The notes under the pieces: generated by a model
What the model was told of the DNA's origin: nothing
The model's database searches: none
Seen by the model: only the letters and a program-made list of their open reading frames with translations
Virus record (IMG/VR): IMGVR_UViG_3300028048_000059
Coordinates: 64,001 to 128,000 of that record
Source of the DNA: a virus
Taxonomy: Duplodnaviria > Caudoviricetes
Length of the DNA stretch: 64,000 bases
Strand: one strand, 5' to 3'
Part shown: piece by piece, positions 11,518-21,017 of the stretch
How positions within the stretch are numbered: position 1 is the stretch's first letter
Layout of the letters: each line of letters starts with the position of its first letter
Position numbers and translations under genes: made by a program

Positions 11518-11546
11518 ATTATATCACAATATTTAAGAGAAGTCAA
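11518..11546 (-). promoter_or_regulatory. sigma-A promoter for dnaE (-35 overlaps recJ TGA)
   Basis: TTGACT-17-TATAAT. Confidence 0.85.
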
Positions 11547-13321
11547 AAGTCATATTTATGGTCGTCATCATTTTTTAACTCATAATCATCACAAAAGACT
11601 TGGATTGAAGTTCTATTATTAAAAACATTAATATTCGCGCGCCCATAAACCGTTAATGTCGCGGCGCGGTTTTCCATAATTTTTTTAACGAACTCTGGAT
11701 CTTTAAAACGCACATAGTCAATACCATTATATGTAATTTTCATGCTATCTTTATTTGTTCCCATTGGCATAACTTGTGCTAATTGGATGTTTTCAATTAC
11801 AATCTTAATTTCGTCAATGTGGTTTCCAAAATATTCTGGGCCATATGCTAATGCAAATAAAAGTTCTTTATTATCATAATCATTTGCATCTAATATATAG
11901 TCAACAAGATAGCAATTTTCAAAATCTTGCGGCTTAAATTTTTCATTCATCCATTTTACAAAGGAATCAACTTTCTTTCCTTGAATACCAACACCGCCGG
12001 CATTGTCATGCCCTGCTACATAATCAAAAAATCCACTATCTGTAAGACATTGCTTTAAATTTGGTAGAGCAGAAAAATTACCATTATTACGAAGAGAACC
12101 TTGCAATACATTTTGCTTATTACGGCGAACCATTAGACATGGTTTATTATATTTAGAAACAACTGCCATTGCGACCAAACCAGTTAGTTCTTGTGGAATA
12201 CCATCGCTTTCTTCAACTTCCACAATAATAATATTGTTTTGGTCTAGTGCTTCTTTTTGAATGCGGAAATCAATTAAATCCATGGCTTTTGTTTTAATTG
12301 AATTTTGCCGCGATTTTGCATTAGCGCCAACTCTCGCAATATGTGGGGCCGCCAGTTCCGTGTCTCCCTCTTTTGCTCCACGCTTTGTGCTTGGCACTTC
12401 TCGATCTGGCTCTACGAAACAATAAAATAGTTCTCGTTTTTCTTCTAGCGTACCAACACGAATTAAGGCATTAATAAGAGGCGCAATATAAAAAGCAACG
12501 TCGATAGGTGTTAGCCCATTATATGGATAAAATGCTTTTTCTTTTAAAGAATATTGTTGTGATTCAATTAAAGTTTTAAAGCCTTTATTTTTAATATGCT
12601 TTAATCCCTCTAACATAATATAATTTGTTTCAGAAAAACGTCTATCCATAACGTCGGCGATTTCTCCAAGCGCGGCCAAATCGATATACTCATGTGCAAT
12701 AGATATATCAAGTTTTTTATCTAGCACTTCACAGAATTTGTACACCATTCCTGCGCCACATAATGATTTGTTAGCATAATTTGGAGACAATTGATTATTA
12801 ATAATAATTGTGCGCGGCGCATCTGAAACAATTGGATTACCATTTTCATCGTAAGATAAATCGTGGTGATCAATAATCAAGCAATCCATGCCCAATTCAT
12901 TAATGCGGTGATGCTCTTCAACATCATAACTGCCTGCATCAGTGACGATAATTAAATCCCACTTATTTTTATCTTCAACCCAATCAATCATATCTTCAAG
13001 ACCATGCTGTTTATGATCATGCACACGGAACTCAAATTGTGCATCTGGATATATACGTTTACAGTATAGCCATAGAATTGATCCTGATGTAACTCCATCA
13101 ACGTCACAGTCAAGAATCCATAGAATGCGATGATTTTTTTGTAAATGCTCCAACAGCATATCAGCGCCAGCATCAATATTCTCTAAATCATATGGATTTA
13201 ACTCACAATCCTTAGATGGCATTATAAATGCATCAATGTCATGTACGCCGCGATCAATAAGGATTGCTCTCAAAGCTGATTCTGGATTTTTTGTATATAA
13301 TTTTCTTAGTTTATATTGCAT
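11543..13321 (-). CDS. recJ: RecJ-like ssDNA exonuclease (DHH/DHHA1)
   Basis: DCDVDG, TDAG, IIDHH, LGEIADVM, PLINA, GSLR, AGHDNAGG. Confidence 0.88.
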   Translation of the reverse strand: MQYKLRKLYTKNPESALRAILIDRGVHDIDAFIMPSKDCELNPYDLENIDAGADMLLEHLQKNHRILWILDCDVDGVTSGSILWLYCKRIYPDAQFEFRVHDHKQHGLEDMIDWVEDKNKWDLIIVTDAGSYDVEEHHRINELGMDCLIIDHHDLSYDENGNPIVSDAPRTIIINNQLSPNYANKSLCGAGMVYKFCEVLDKKLDISIAHEYIDLAALGEIADVMDRRFSETNYIMLEGLKHIKNKGFKTLIESQQYSLKEKAFYPYNGLTPIDVAFYIAPLINALIRVGTLEEKRELFYCFVEPDREVPSTKRGAKEGDTELAAPHIARVGANAKSRQNSIKTKAMDLIDFRIQKEALDQNNIIIVEVEESDGIPQELTGLVAMAVVSKYNKPCLMVRRNKQNVLQGSLRNNGNFSALPNLKQCLTDSGFFDYVAGHDNAGGVGIQGKKVDSFVKWMNEKFKPQDFENCYLVDYILDANDYDNKELLFALAYGPEYFGNHIDEIKIVIENIQLAQVMPMGTNKDSMKITYNGIDYVRFKDPEFVKKIMENRAATLTVYGRANINVFNNRTSIQVFCDDYELKNDDDHKYDF

Positions 13322-13322
13322 A

Positions 13323-14441
13323 TCATCTCACCTTTACTCTTGTTTTATATAAATATTCAAACACTTCTTTCCCCTTATCAAAAGGCGAATCTTTTTCATT
13401 TAATACATTATCATAATCCCATATATATGAAAATGACGCTTGATTTAAAAAACGTTTACACGCTTTTTCAATTTTAGCGCGATATTGCTGAGCTTTTTTA
13501 TCATGCCAATCTTCATATTCTTTATCCAAGGCAATGACAATTTCATTAACTCCTAAATAATTTGTTAGCAAACTAATATGATATTTATTAAAACTAGAAC
13601 CGCAACACGCAACACAATTACTGAGGCCGCCATAATACCCGTCATCAAGCATAACTGATTTTTCTGCCTCTGCGATAATTGCACTTTTACGTTTTCTTAT
13701 CCCATCTTGATGCTCATAAATACCATATAGATTAAATTGTAATGGATGTGAATACATTATTGTTCCAATCTGCATTGGATGATATTTTCCATATGTATTA
13801 ATTTCATCTTCCTCTAACGCGCGGGCGCGGATACCAACTAGTCTTCCATTAATATCAAAATGTGGAATAATAATTTTATTTTGCGCCAAAGAAAAACGAA
13901 TTTTAAATTTATCCATGCTTTCTTTTGTAATACCATCTTTTAACCAGTTAGGATGATAATATTTAGAAAAGCAGTCTAAAACTGTTGCTGGATAACTATC
14001 TAATGTAGGAATATTAATATCATATTTATATTTATGAATTTCTTCCTCACTAAGAATAGACGGCCTGCGAGCTGTAACTGCTATATGTTTTAAAAATTTC
14101 TTAACATAATCTTCTGCTTCTGCTAATGTCACCGGATATTCATTTAGAGCCATATATCTTTTATACAGCTCAAAAATAGACATTGCTTCATTGCATTCTG
14201 TATAACAACGAAAAATTTTATTATTTTGATACCAATATAATTTCATTGACGCGGCTTCATGAATAGGATTGTGGCAAATTGTTGGACAAATTAAATATTG
14301 TTTCTCTTCATTTACTACAATCTGTTCAACGCCAAGACTCTCTAAGAAATCTTTAACATCATACAAACTAATGGAATTAATAATATCTTTATAACTTAAT
14401 GATGCAAGATACCCCTCTTTATCATTAGTTCTAAAATCCAT
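13323..14441 (-). CDS. dnaG: DnaG-type DNA primase
   Basis: Zn finger CHN...CYTEC, IIIPHFD...GIRAR, TOPRIM EAEKS / ALDKE; follows the helicase. Confidence 0.8.
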   Translation of the reverse strand: MDFRTNDKEGYLASLSYKDIINSISLYDVKDFLESLGVEQIVVNEEKQYLICPTICHNPIHEAASMKLYWYQNNKIFRCYTECNEAMSIFELYKRYMALNEYPVTLAEAEDYVKKFLKHIAVTARRPSILSEEEIHKYKYDINIPTLDSYPATVLDCFSKYYHPNWLKDGITKESMDKFKIRFSLAQNKIIIPHFDINGRLVGIRARALEEDEINTYGKYHPMQIGTIMYSHPLQFNLYGIYEHQDGIRKRKSAIIAEAEKSVMLDDGYYGGLSNCVACCGSSFNKYHISLLTNYLGVNEIVIALDKEYEDWHDKKAQQYRAKIEKACKRFLNQASFSYIWDYDNVLNEKDSPFDKGKEVFEYLYKTRVKVR

Positions 14442-14443
14442 TG

Positions 14444-16433
14444 TTAGCTCTCCTCTCCGAACCAATTCCGCCAATCAATCGGATCTTCTACCGCAGAAGA
14501 AAATAAATCAAGTGGAGTATTAATTGGTTCATTCTCTGACGTTGTAATAAATAAGTCTTGTCTATCTCCATTGCCCAAATTCAGTCTAGTCCAAATACGG
14601 ACATTCTTGTATCTACCGCGTCTATTTTTATATACATCAATTACATGCGTAGGCTTAAAATCTACATCATCAATATATTTAGCATCAATTAAGCCCATTC
14701 TCGCGGCCTTACGCCATTCAGTTGCGTAACTATTCCAATTCTTTTGAGTGATTTTTGAAATAACAAATCCGATGTCGCATTTATCTGCAACTGCTTTACT
14801 AGAACGAATACTCATTTCATTTTTAAATTCTCCATCATCACCCATGGCGTTCATATTTACCTGAGTAGCAGAGAAAATAAAAAGGCCATAATCTTTTGCC
14901 AGTTGCTTTAATTGATTCGCCATCATCATGAGGATGGTTGCTTCATTCAAACTATTTTTTGAAAATTGATTTAACATACTCGCTGTCGAATGCACATAAT
15001 CAAAGCGCGTACTCCTTTTTTTCAAAAGGCGCTGACTATCTCTTACTATAATTATTTATAGGATACCTTTTCGAGTTGCGTGTCAATAGCAACCCTACTT
15101 CCCCGATCCGGGAATAGTCGATACAGGTTTAAGCATCTTTCCAAATTTTTTGTTGTCGAATATCATTAATTGTACTTCTTGATACCCCGTATAATTCACC
15201 TATTTCTCTGTATGTTAATTTGCCTTCTTTAATTAATTCTTTTCCTTTTTGTTTATTATAAAGATGCTTATTTCCCACGGGATTACCATGCGTTTAAACG
15301 TTTAGGTTTCCCCGTTAGCCATTATAAAATGACCCCGCTGACACACGGAAAAGTATTACACAGTCCTTTACCCTATGCGGGTTGAACACAAACCTAACAT
15401 TGTCCACAGTAGCATATTTTTTAATTGTGGCTTCTACATTAACTAAATTAGGATCACTAATTTCTTCAATATAAAAATAACCACTATATTCAGTCATAAT
15501 TCGAGCCGCAAATTTTACTCGCTCTAATTCACCTAATTCATATTTACCAGTCAATATGTGGCCTTCATCGACTCCTGATAAATATGCTAACATGATAGTT
15601 TGAAGTTCTTCCTTATCCATCTCAGTTACAATAAACAATACTTTTCTTGGTTTACGTTCTTGCCCTTGCGCATCAAGCTCTTCAATAAAAGTATGTAATT
15701 GATGTGAATAGCGAATCGGATATGCTAATCTACAAGCGTCAAAAACTGCCGTTCTCGTTTTACCTGAACCGCTACTTGCTGATTTTAGAAAAAAGCAACC
15801 TTGCCGCGCGCCTCTACAAACACTACTAAAAATCTTACCCTCTAAGCTTGGTCCAATATTTGGTGTGCGTTGTAATTCCTCAATTAAATCAAATACTCCA
15901 TCTGCTGGATTTTGTTTACTGCGGCCGCCCTTCAAAAATTCATTTCTAATAATATTATATTTACCTTCAACACTATTTAAAATATCTTCTAATGAGCTTT
16001 CTTCAAAGTGTTGCTGAATACGAGTCTCTTCTAATGGGTCTGTGACTTTTTCACTAGCAATATAAAAATCACTAACATCATACCCATCTTTGATTAAGCG
16101 TCGTAATAGAGAATATTTTTTTAATCTTATATAATAAAGATTAAAATTGCTTATTTCTGCAAATTCATAAGCAATTTTTAGAAATTCTAACCCATTATTT
16201 TGATTATATATTAGCGCGCTATTTTCATGTTTTTCAATCTCTTGATCTACTTCAATCGGAGTTAATTTTGTTGCACCTTCATTATATAATTTTTGAATAA
16301 TAATAAAACAAATTCGCGCAACTTTATTATCAAAATCCATAGGATAGATATCTGTGTATTCAATTAATAATAATGGATTTATCATCAAACATCCAATAAT
16401 TTGACGATAGGCCATTTTATCAGATAAAACCAT
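14444..16433 (-). CDS. dnaB: DnaB-like replicative helicase, two exons (15385-16433 and 14444-15005)
   Basis: Walker A ASSGSGKT, TEM, Walker B VFFDY restored on splicing, ATQVN, ADKCD, YKNRRG. Confidence 0.88.
15006..15384 (-). mobile_element. group I intron in dnaB (~379 nt) with homing endonuclease remnant
   Basis: GCTAACGG...AATCCCGTG core, R = ATCGACTA, S = GAGATAGTC; GTG TT|...G|C TTT GAT; 5' junction could be off by a base. Confidence 0.85.
15129..15278 (-). pseudogene. C-terminal HTH remnant of a homing endonuclease inside the dnaB intron
   Basis: Frame ...KELIKEGKLTYREIGELYGVSRSTINDIRQQKIWKDA* enclosed by the stem TAAGCATCTTT/AAAGATGCTTA. Confidence 0.7.
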
Positions 16434-16445
16434 CCTATCTCTCCT

Positions 16446-16934
16446 TTAATCATCAAGCCACTCATCTGGATCATATTCTGGCTTTACATTTTTTGTTTTT
16501 TGTTCATTGAGTGGCACAACATATTCTTGTGTTTTTGTATTTGTAGCTTGCGCTAATCGTTGACTTTTTGCACTTTCAGCACGCCGATATTGCATCATTT
16601 CCTCAACAGCAGGCGGCGTAATTAGACATAATGATTGTGCCAATTTTTTCATTTTCTTTATATTATATAAATAATCAAGACAATTTATAATTGTGCTATC
16701 TGTATAGCCATATTTTTCTTGCAGACGCTTACGCTCTGTCCAAATTTGCGGCCCCGGTGCTTTAATTCCAAAAATTTGGCATACTTTATCAGTGAACTCT
16801 TCTCGTTCTTGCTTTGCACGCATACATGCAGGACAATAATTATGCAAGATTTTCGCACGCGGAGATGCGTATTGAACCAATTCATTTCTTGGAAATTTTT
16901 GCTTACATTCATAACATTGTAAAGATAATTGCAT
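16446..16934 (-). CDS. Zn-finger protein upstream of the helicase
   Basis: CYECK...YCPAC, acidic C-terminus PDEWLDD. Confidence 0.6.
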   Translation of the reverse strand: MQLSLQCYECKQKFPRNELVQYASPRAKILHNYCPACMRAKQEREEFTDKVCQIFGIKAPGPQIWTERKRLQEKYGYTDSTIINCLDYLYNIKKMKKLAQSLCLITPPAVEEMMQYRRAESAKSQRLAQATNTKTQEYVVPLNEQKTKNVKPEYDPDEWLDD

Positions 16935-16957
16935 ATAATCATTCTCCTTTCTTTTTT

Positions 16958-16986
16958 AGTATACCATAATTTTTGAGAAAAGTCAA
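16958..16986 (-). promoter_or_regulatory. sigma-A promoter for the helicase-primase-recJ operon
   Basis: TTGACT-17-TATACT with TG. Confidence 0.8.
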
Positions 16987-18068
16987 TCTATATTTTCAAC
17001 GTATTTCCATTTATAACCATATGCAGTTTTTAATTTACCACGACATGCTTTGGTAATAGATGAGCCGCCTTGATTCTTACCCAAGGCTTTCGCCGCGTCC
17101 GCGGCACTATCATATTGCATAATAAAATTATCATTTAAGTCATATTGATTAATTTGCTTTTTATGATAGTCTTTTCGATGTTGATACCGATAAATTTTTT
17201 GTTCAATGGTTTCTGGATCGTCTACATAACGCCATAAAAATTTACCACACTGGTAAATTTCATTTTTTAATGCGGCCTCAATAGTTGCACGATGCATATT
17301 TATTTCATTCGCGGCCTCAATAATAGAATTATAAGTTTTAATTAATTTACCATTTAAATCATATTGTTCAATACTTTTTTTAGTTTTGGCTATTGGTATA
17401 TTCTCAATAATTTCTTGTATATTAACATCGTCTTCTTCATGCACCCAAATATACCCATAAGCTAAATGCGTTTGATTATTACACGCGACTCTTATATGAG
17501 TTTCGCTAAAAGGAGTGGAAGATAACACATCTTGTATACAGGAAAAACGATGCAGTAAAACGCCAGTTAAATCATATTGTAAAATAGGTTTTTTCCTTTT
17601 TTCGCCGGCCTTCAACATACTTCTAGAACGTATATTTTGTTCAGAAATATTATTATTATCTTTTAATATCATGCTAACCGTCACGACACTGCATGATAGG
17701 GTTTGAGCAATTTCTTGCGCAGTTAGTCCATCGTTCCAATATTCTATTGCAAGTGAATGATCAAATTTACAATTATTACTATTTCCGCCCATGGTAGAAT
17801 TATATCCATAATTATGATCATAACTTTTATATAATTTAATATAATATTGTTCGCGTTCATTTAACAGACTATCATCGCATTCTTCTAATTGCTCAATAGT
17901 AAAATTCTCAGTTCCATATTTTCTTAATGCACGAATAAAATATACGTCGGGTTTCAGACGCTTTGCTTCGCTTTTATGTTGCACCCATCTGGTATTAATA
18001 GAATTAACTGTTTGCCCGACATATTTTTTTTGATTTATGTTATTTGTGATTAAATAAATATATCCCAT
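16983..18068 (-). CDS. free-standing GIY-YIG homing endonuclease with three NUMOD1-like repeats
   Basis: YIYLITN...YVGQT...RW...H...ERE...GYN; repeated I.QYDL.G...S...A...AYGY.W. Confidence 0.88.
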   Translation of the reverse strand: MGYIYLITNNINQKKYVGQTVNSINTRWVQHKSEAKRLKPDVYFIRALRKYGTENFTIEQLEECDDSLLNEREQYYIKLYKSYDHNYGYNSTMGGNSNNCKFDHSLAIEYWNDGLTAQEIAQTLSCSVVTVSMILKDNNNISEQNIRSRSMLKAGEKRKKPILQYDLTGVLLHRFSCIQDVLSSTPFSETHIRVACNNQTHLAYGYIWVHEEDDVNIQEIIENIPIAKTKKSIEQYDLNGKLIKTYNSIIEAANEINMHRATIEAALKNEIYQCGKFLWRYVDDPETIEQKIYRYQHRKDYHKKQINQYDLNDNFIMQYDSAADAAKALGKNQGGSSITKACRGKLKTAYGYKWKYVENID

Positions 18069-18146
18069 ATTTACCTCCTAAATTATTGCATTCTACGGTC
18101 CCCAATAACATGTAGGAAAAATATGGGATATTCTATTTATTTTTTA

Positions 18147-19148
18147 TCACTTAAAAAGATCACGCATCTCCGTCAAGAACATTTGAACCAAATCTTTTTG
18201 AGATGGGACGGCTTGACTAATCTTAAAATCTGGTGAACCAAAGATACGATTAATAATATCTTTTAATATATTTAATCTGTGTTCTTTTTCTTCATCTGTC
18301 GCCGCGCCATTAAGATAGCGAACCCAATTATCTTTCGTCTCTTGCATGAGCTCGTCAAATGATTGCTCAACCGTAGTATCTGCTTCAATATGATCTACAA
18401 TGGTCGCTCCATCAAGCTTGCCTTGCATTTCAATAGCGTCTCCAATTGCTTCAACTAGCTCTGAATAGCCAAATGGGATTTTACTTTTTAGATATTTCCA
18501 CCTACTGCCAGCAAAAATTGTTGGAGTTTGTCTGGTGTAAAGCCATCTAGTAGCCTGACCATTTGCATCGAATTCAACTCCGATATAAGCAATTAAGTCA
18601 CAAATTGCATTACAAACGGTATAAATGTTTTTATTTAAATCTGGCTCTACACTTGTTAAAGCATTTCCTTCTGCATCAGTATATGGAGATTGCTTTTCTT
18701 TACTGTGGCAAATAAGAATTAATCCAAAACCAAGCATTGTAATTTCACGCAGTGTATCTGACAATTCTTTCGAAACCATCTTCCACCCTTGACCGTACGG
18801 AATTTCATTTAGCTTGGTGACGCCCTCTCTGGCTAAAATAAATTTTTCACAAAGGTCAGCAGCGATAGAAATTGTATCGATTGTCACCGTATCAAACAAT
18901 TCTCTCGCGCGTGGATCTTTTAGCTGTTTAATAACAGCACGAATGTCGCCCCATTTTGTTATCTTTTGAGCTGTGATGCCATTAATAGCATTATAACCAA
19001 TTTCTGTGGCAAGAAATAGATTTCTCGGTAGCTGAGCGGCAAAAGATGTTTTACCAACTTTTGGTTTAGAATATAATAGAATGTATTTAGCTGAGAGATC
19101 GCGGCTAATTACAGTTGGCTTAATTGAAAAGATATCGACATCAGCCAT
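18147..19148 (-). CDS. AAA_24-family P-loop ATPase (Sak4-like recombinase candidate)
   Basis: LLYSKPKVGKT, TIDT, YGQGW, LICH. Confidence 0.75.
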   Translation of the reverse strand: MADVDIFSIKPTVISRDLSAKYILLYSKPKVGKTSFAAQLPRNLFLATEIGYNAINGITAQKITKWGDIRAVIKQLKDPRARELFDTVTIDTISIAADLCEKFILAREGVTKLNEIPYGQGWKMVSKELSDTLREITMLGFGLILICHSKEKQSPYTDAEGNALTSVEPDLNKNIYTVCNAICDLIAYIGVEFDANGQATRWLYTRQTPTIFAGSRWKYLKSKIPFGYSELVEAIGDAIEMQGKLDGATIVDHIEADTTVEQSFDELMQETKDNWVRYLNGAATDEEKEHRLNILKDIINRIFGSPDFKISQAVPSQKDLVQMFLTEMRDLFK

Positions 19149-19178
19149 ACTATCACCCCATTATAAATATAGTTGGGA

Positions 19179-20069
19179 TTATTCCCAACTATACTTACTA
19201 GATTCGGCCGCAGGCTTGGCCGCAGGCTTATTTGTAGCATTGATTTGAAGCTGCTCGATATTGGCCTTGCGTACATTGAATGCCTTCTTAATATCCGCCG
19301 GATCATATGCAAACTCTTCTTCAAACGGCTCATCAGAACCACGAGTAATAATTAGTTCGCGGGCTGTACGTGTAGAAGTTTCTTCAACTTCCTCACCCCA
19401 AGAAGAATTTGAAGCAGTGCGCTTTTCTTCCACAGAAGTATAACGAATATGACCGCCAGCATGCACTGTATCATTCACATTCCAATTCCTCTGAACGAAA
19501 TCAATGTAATCTTGCTGCTCAACGACAAACTCAATAACATCAAGCTTACCGCCGTATTGTACAACGCCACCCTTTACAATGAAACGTCCAGTTGGGTCAC
19601 CTTCACGATCAAGTTCATCGTGCATATCCATAATGAAAATATCGATATCAAAGATCGCTGTGTCGGAAATATTTCCACCATTAGAAATGAATGGTGTATT
19701 AATCTGCCATCCACTGATAAGCTGACCACTACGTGTTACAAAATTATTTTCACGCACGTTCGCACTGGTTAGACTGATACGAGACGCGGCCGCTTCGCCT
19801 ACTTCCTGCACCGTCTTCATTTGCTTCATTTCTTGGATACAACGCCAACCAGGATGAGCCTTACCAGTTGATGTAGTCGGTGTCGCAAAAATGCTTACTG
19901 GAATTTCGCTTGTCTCTTCTCGACCACTATATGTATGAGTGGTTCGAATAGTAAAATTCACACTTTCATACTGAGACCCGGTTTTAAGAGTTCCATTACG
20001 GAAAGTACAATCAAGAAGCTTACCTACAATCTTTAACTTATTTGTTGCTTGTTCACCAATATTCTTCAT
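19179..20069 (-). CDS. putative single-stranded DNA-binding protein (two OB-like halves)
   Basis: Beta-rich sequence, flexible tail ending in aromatic/acidic YSWE, adjacent to the Sak4-like ATPase. Confidence 0.5.
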   Translation of the reverse strand: MKNIGEQATNKLKIVGKLLDCTFRNGTLKTGSQYESVNFTIRTTHTYSGREETSEIPVSIFATPTTSTGKAHPGWRCIQEMKQMKTVQEVGEAAASRISLTSANVRENNFVTRSGQLISGWQINTPFISNGGNISDTAIFDIDIFIMDMHDELDREGDPTGRFIVKGGVVQYGGKLDVIEFVVEQQDYIDFVQRNWNVNDTVHAGGHIRYTSVEEKRTASNSSWGEEVEETSTRTARELIITRGSDEPFEEEFAYDPADIKKAFNVRKANIEQLQINATNKPAAKPAAESSKYSWE

Positions 20070-20100
20070 ATAATTTCTCCTTTTGTTTTACTTTACTTTA

Positions 20101-20129
20101 ATTATACTATAATTTTTATTTTATGTCAA
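20101..20129 (-). promoter_or_regulatory. sigma-A promoter
   Basis: TTGACA-17-TATAAT. Confidence 0.85.
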
Positions 20130-20161
20130 ATAGAAAAAAGAAGCGGCTTATTCAGCCGCTT
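20130..20161 (-). terminator. Rho-independent terminator
   Basis: AAGCGGCT-GAATA-AGCCGCTT followed by CTTTTTT. Confidence 0.8.
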
Positions 20162-20165
20162 ACTT

Positions 20166-20516
20166 TTAAGCTTCTGCCTTCGCGGCCTTAGCAGCAGCAC
20201 GCTCGGCGGCCTTCGCAGCCTTTTCAGCAGCGAGAGCCTCAGCCTCAGCTACTGGGTCATAGGCTAGGCCAGCCTCAGTAAGCTGGTGATACTTTACAAC
20301 ACGGACCTTCGCCTTACGGGTATCGGTGGCGGGAACATCCTCAACAGTTTCTTCGCGGGTAACAGTGCAGAAACCACGACGGGTTAGACCATTAATAGTG
20401 CCAGTTACAGCGGAAACAGAAATACCAAGAGCCGCTGCGATGTCTTGCTTGCTAACGTCAGTACCATAATTTTGCTTTAGATAATTTAGAACCATTTCAC
20501 TATTTGCAGTTGCCAT
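20166..20516 (-). CDS. winged-HTH DNA-binding protein with Ala/Lys-rich tail
   Basis: SKQDIAAALGISVSAVTGTINGLTRRG...LTEAG; AAEKAAKAAERAAAKAAK tail; monocistronic. Confidence 0.75.
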   Translation of the reverse strand: MATANSEMVLNYLKQNYGTDVSKQDIAAALGISVSAVTGTINGLTRRGFCTVTREETVEDVPATDTRKAKVRVVKYHQLTEAGLAYDPVAEAEALAAEKAAKAAERAAAKAAKAEA

Positions 20517-20605
20517 AATTTTTTCTCCTTTTGCGTTTATAATCGCATTTTAATAATTTATTTTTAAAGCGGCCGGATTTCCTTTCCGTTCCTCTTTATG
20601 TATAT

Positions 20606-20634
20606 ATTATACATGAATTTTTATCAAAAGTCAA
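20606..20634 (-). promoter_or_regulatory. sigma-A promoter
   Basis: TTGACT-17-TATAAT. Confidence 0.8.
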
Positions 20635-21008
20635 GTATTTATCGTGAAAATTTTTTCACTTAAATTTTGAGTTTCTTCTTCTGTCTCACATTCATTAAGA
20701 ATACGCTGTAACTTGGGGATAATATCAATTTTATATCCCTCTAATGCAGTTTTTTCCGTTTCAATTCTGCGTTCCAACTGTTGAGACACAATCATCGCGC
20801 CAATTAGTAGTTTAGCAAAATCGGCGTGTGACAGTTGTTCATTTGCAAGAATTTTATTACGTAAATTTTTATAATTTTCTTGCATACCCTCAGCCGCAGC
20901 GACGCCCTTGTCGTCATTGCTTTGTCTATTAAAATCAATAACCTCGGCAGACAAGACATCAATTGTGCGGCTGATTTCTTCAAAAAGTTTTATATAATTT
21001 TTATCCAT
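20631..21008 (-). CDS. hypothetical helical protein
   Basis: ORF after gyrA with RBS. Confidence 0.6.
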   Translation of the reverse strand: MDKNYIKLFEEISRTIDVLSAEVIDFNRQSNDDKGVAAAEGMQENYKNLRNKILANEQLSHADFAKLLIGAMIVSQQLERRIETEKTALEGYKIDIIPKLQRILNECETEEETQNLSEKIFTINT

Positions 21009-21017
21009 AATAACACC

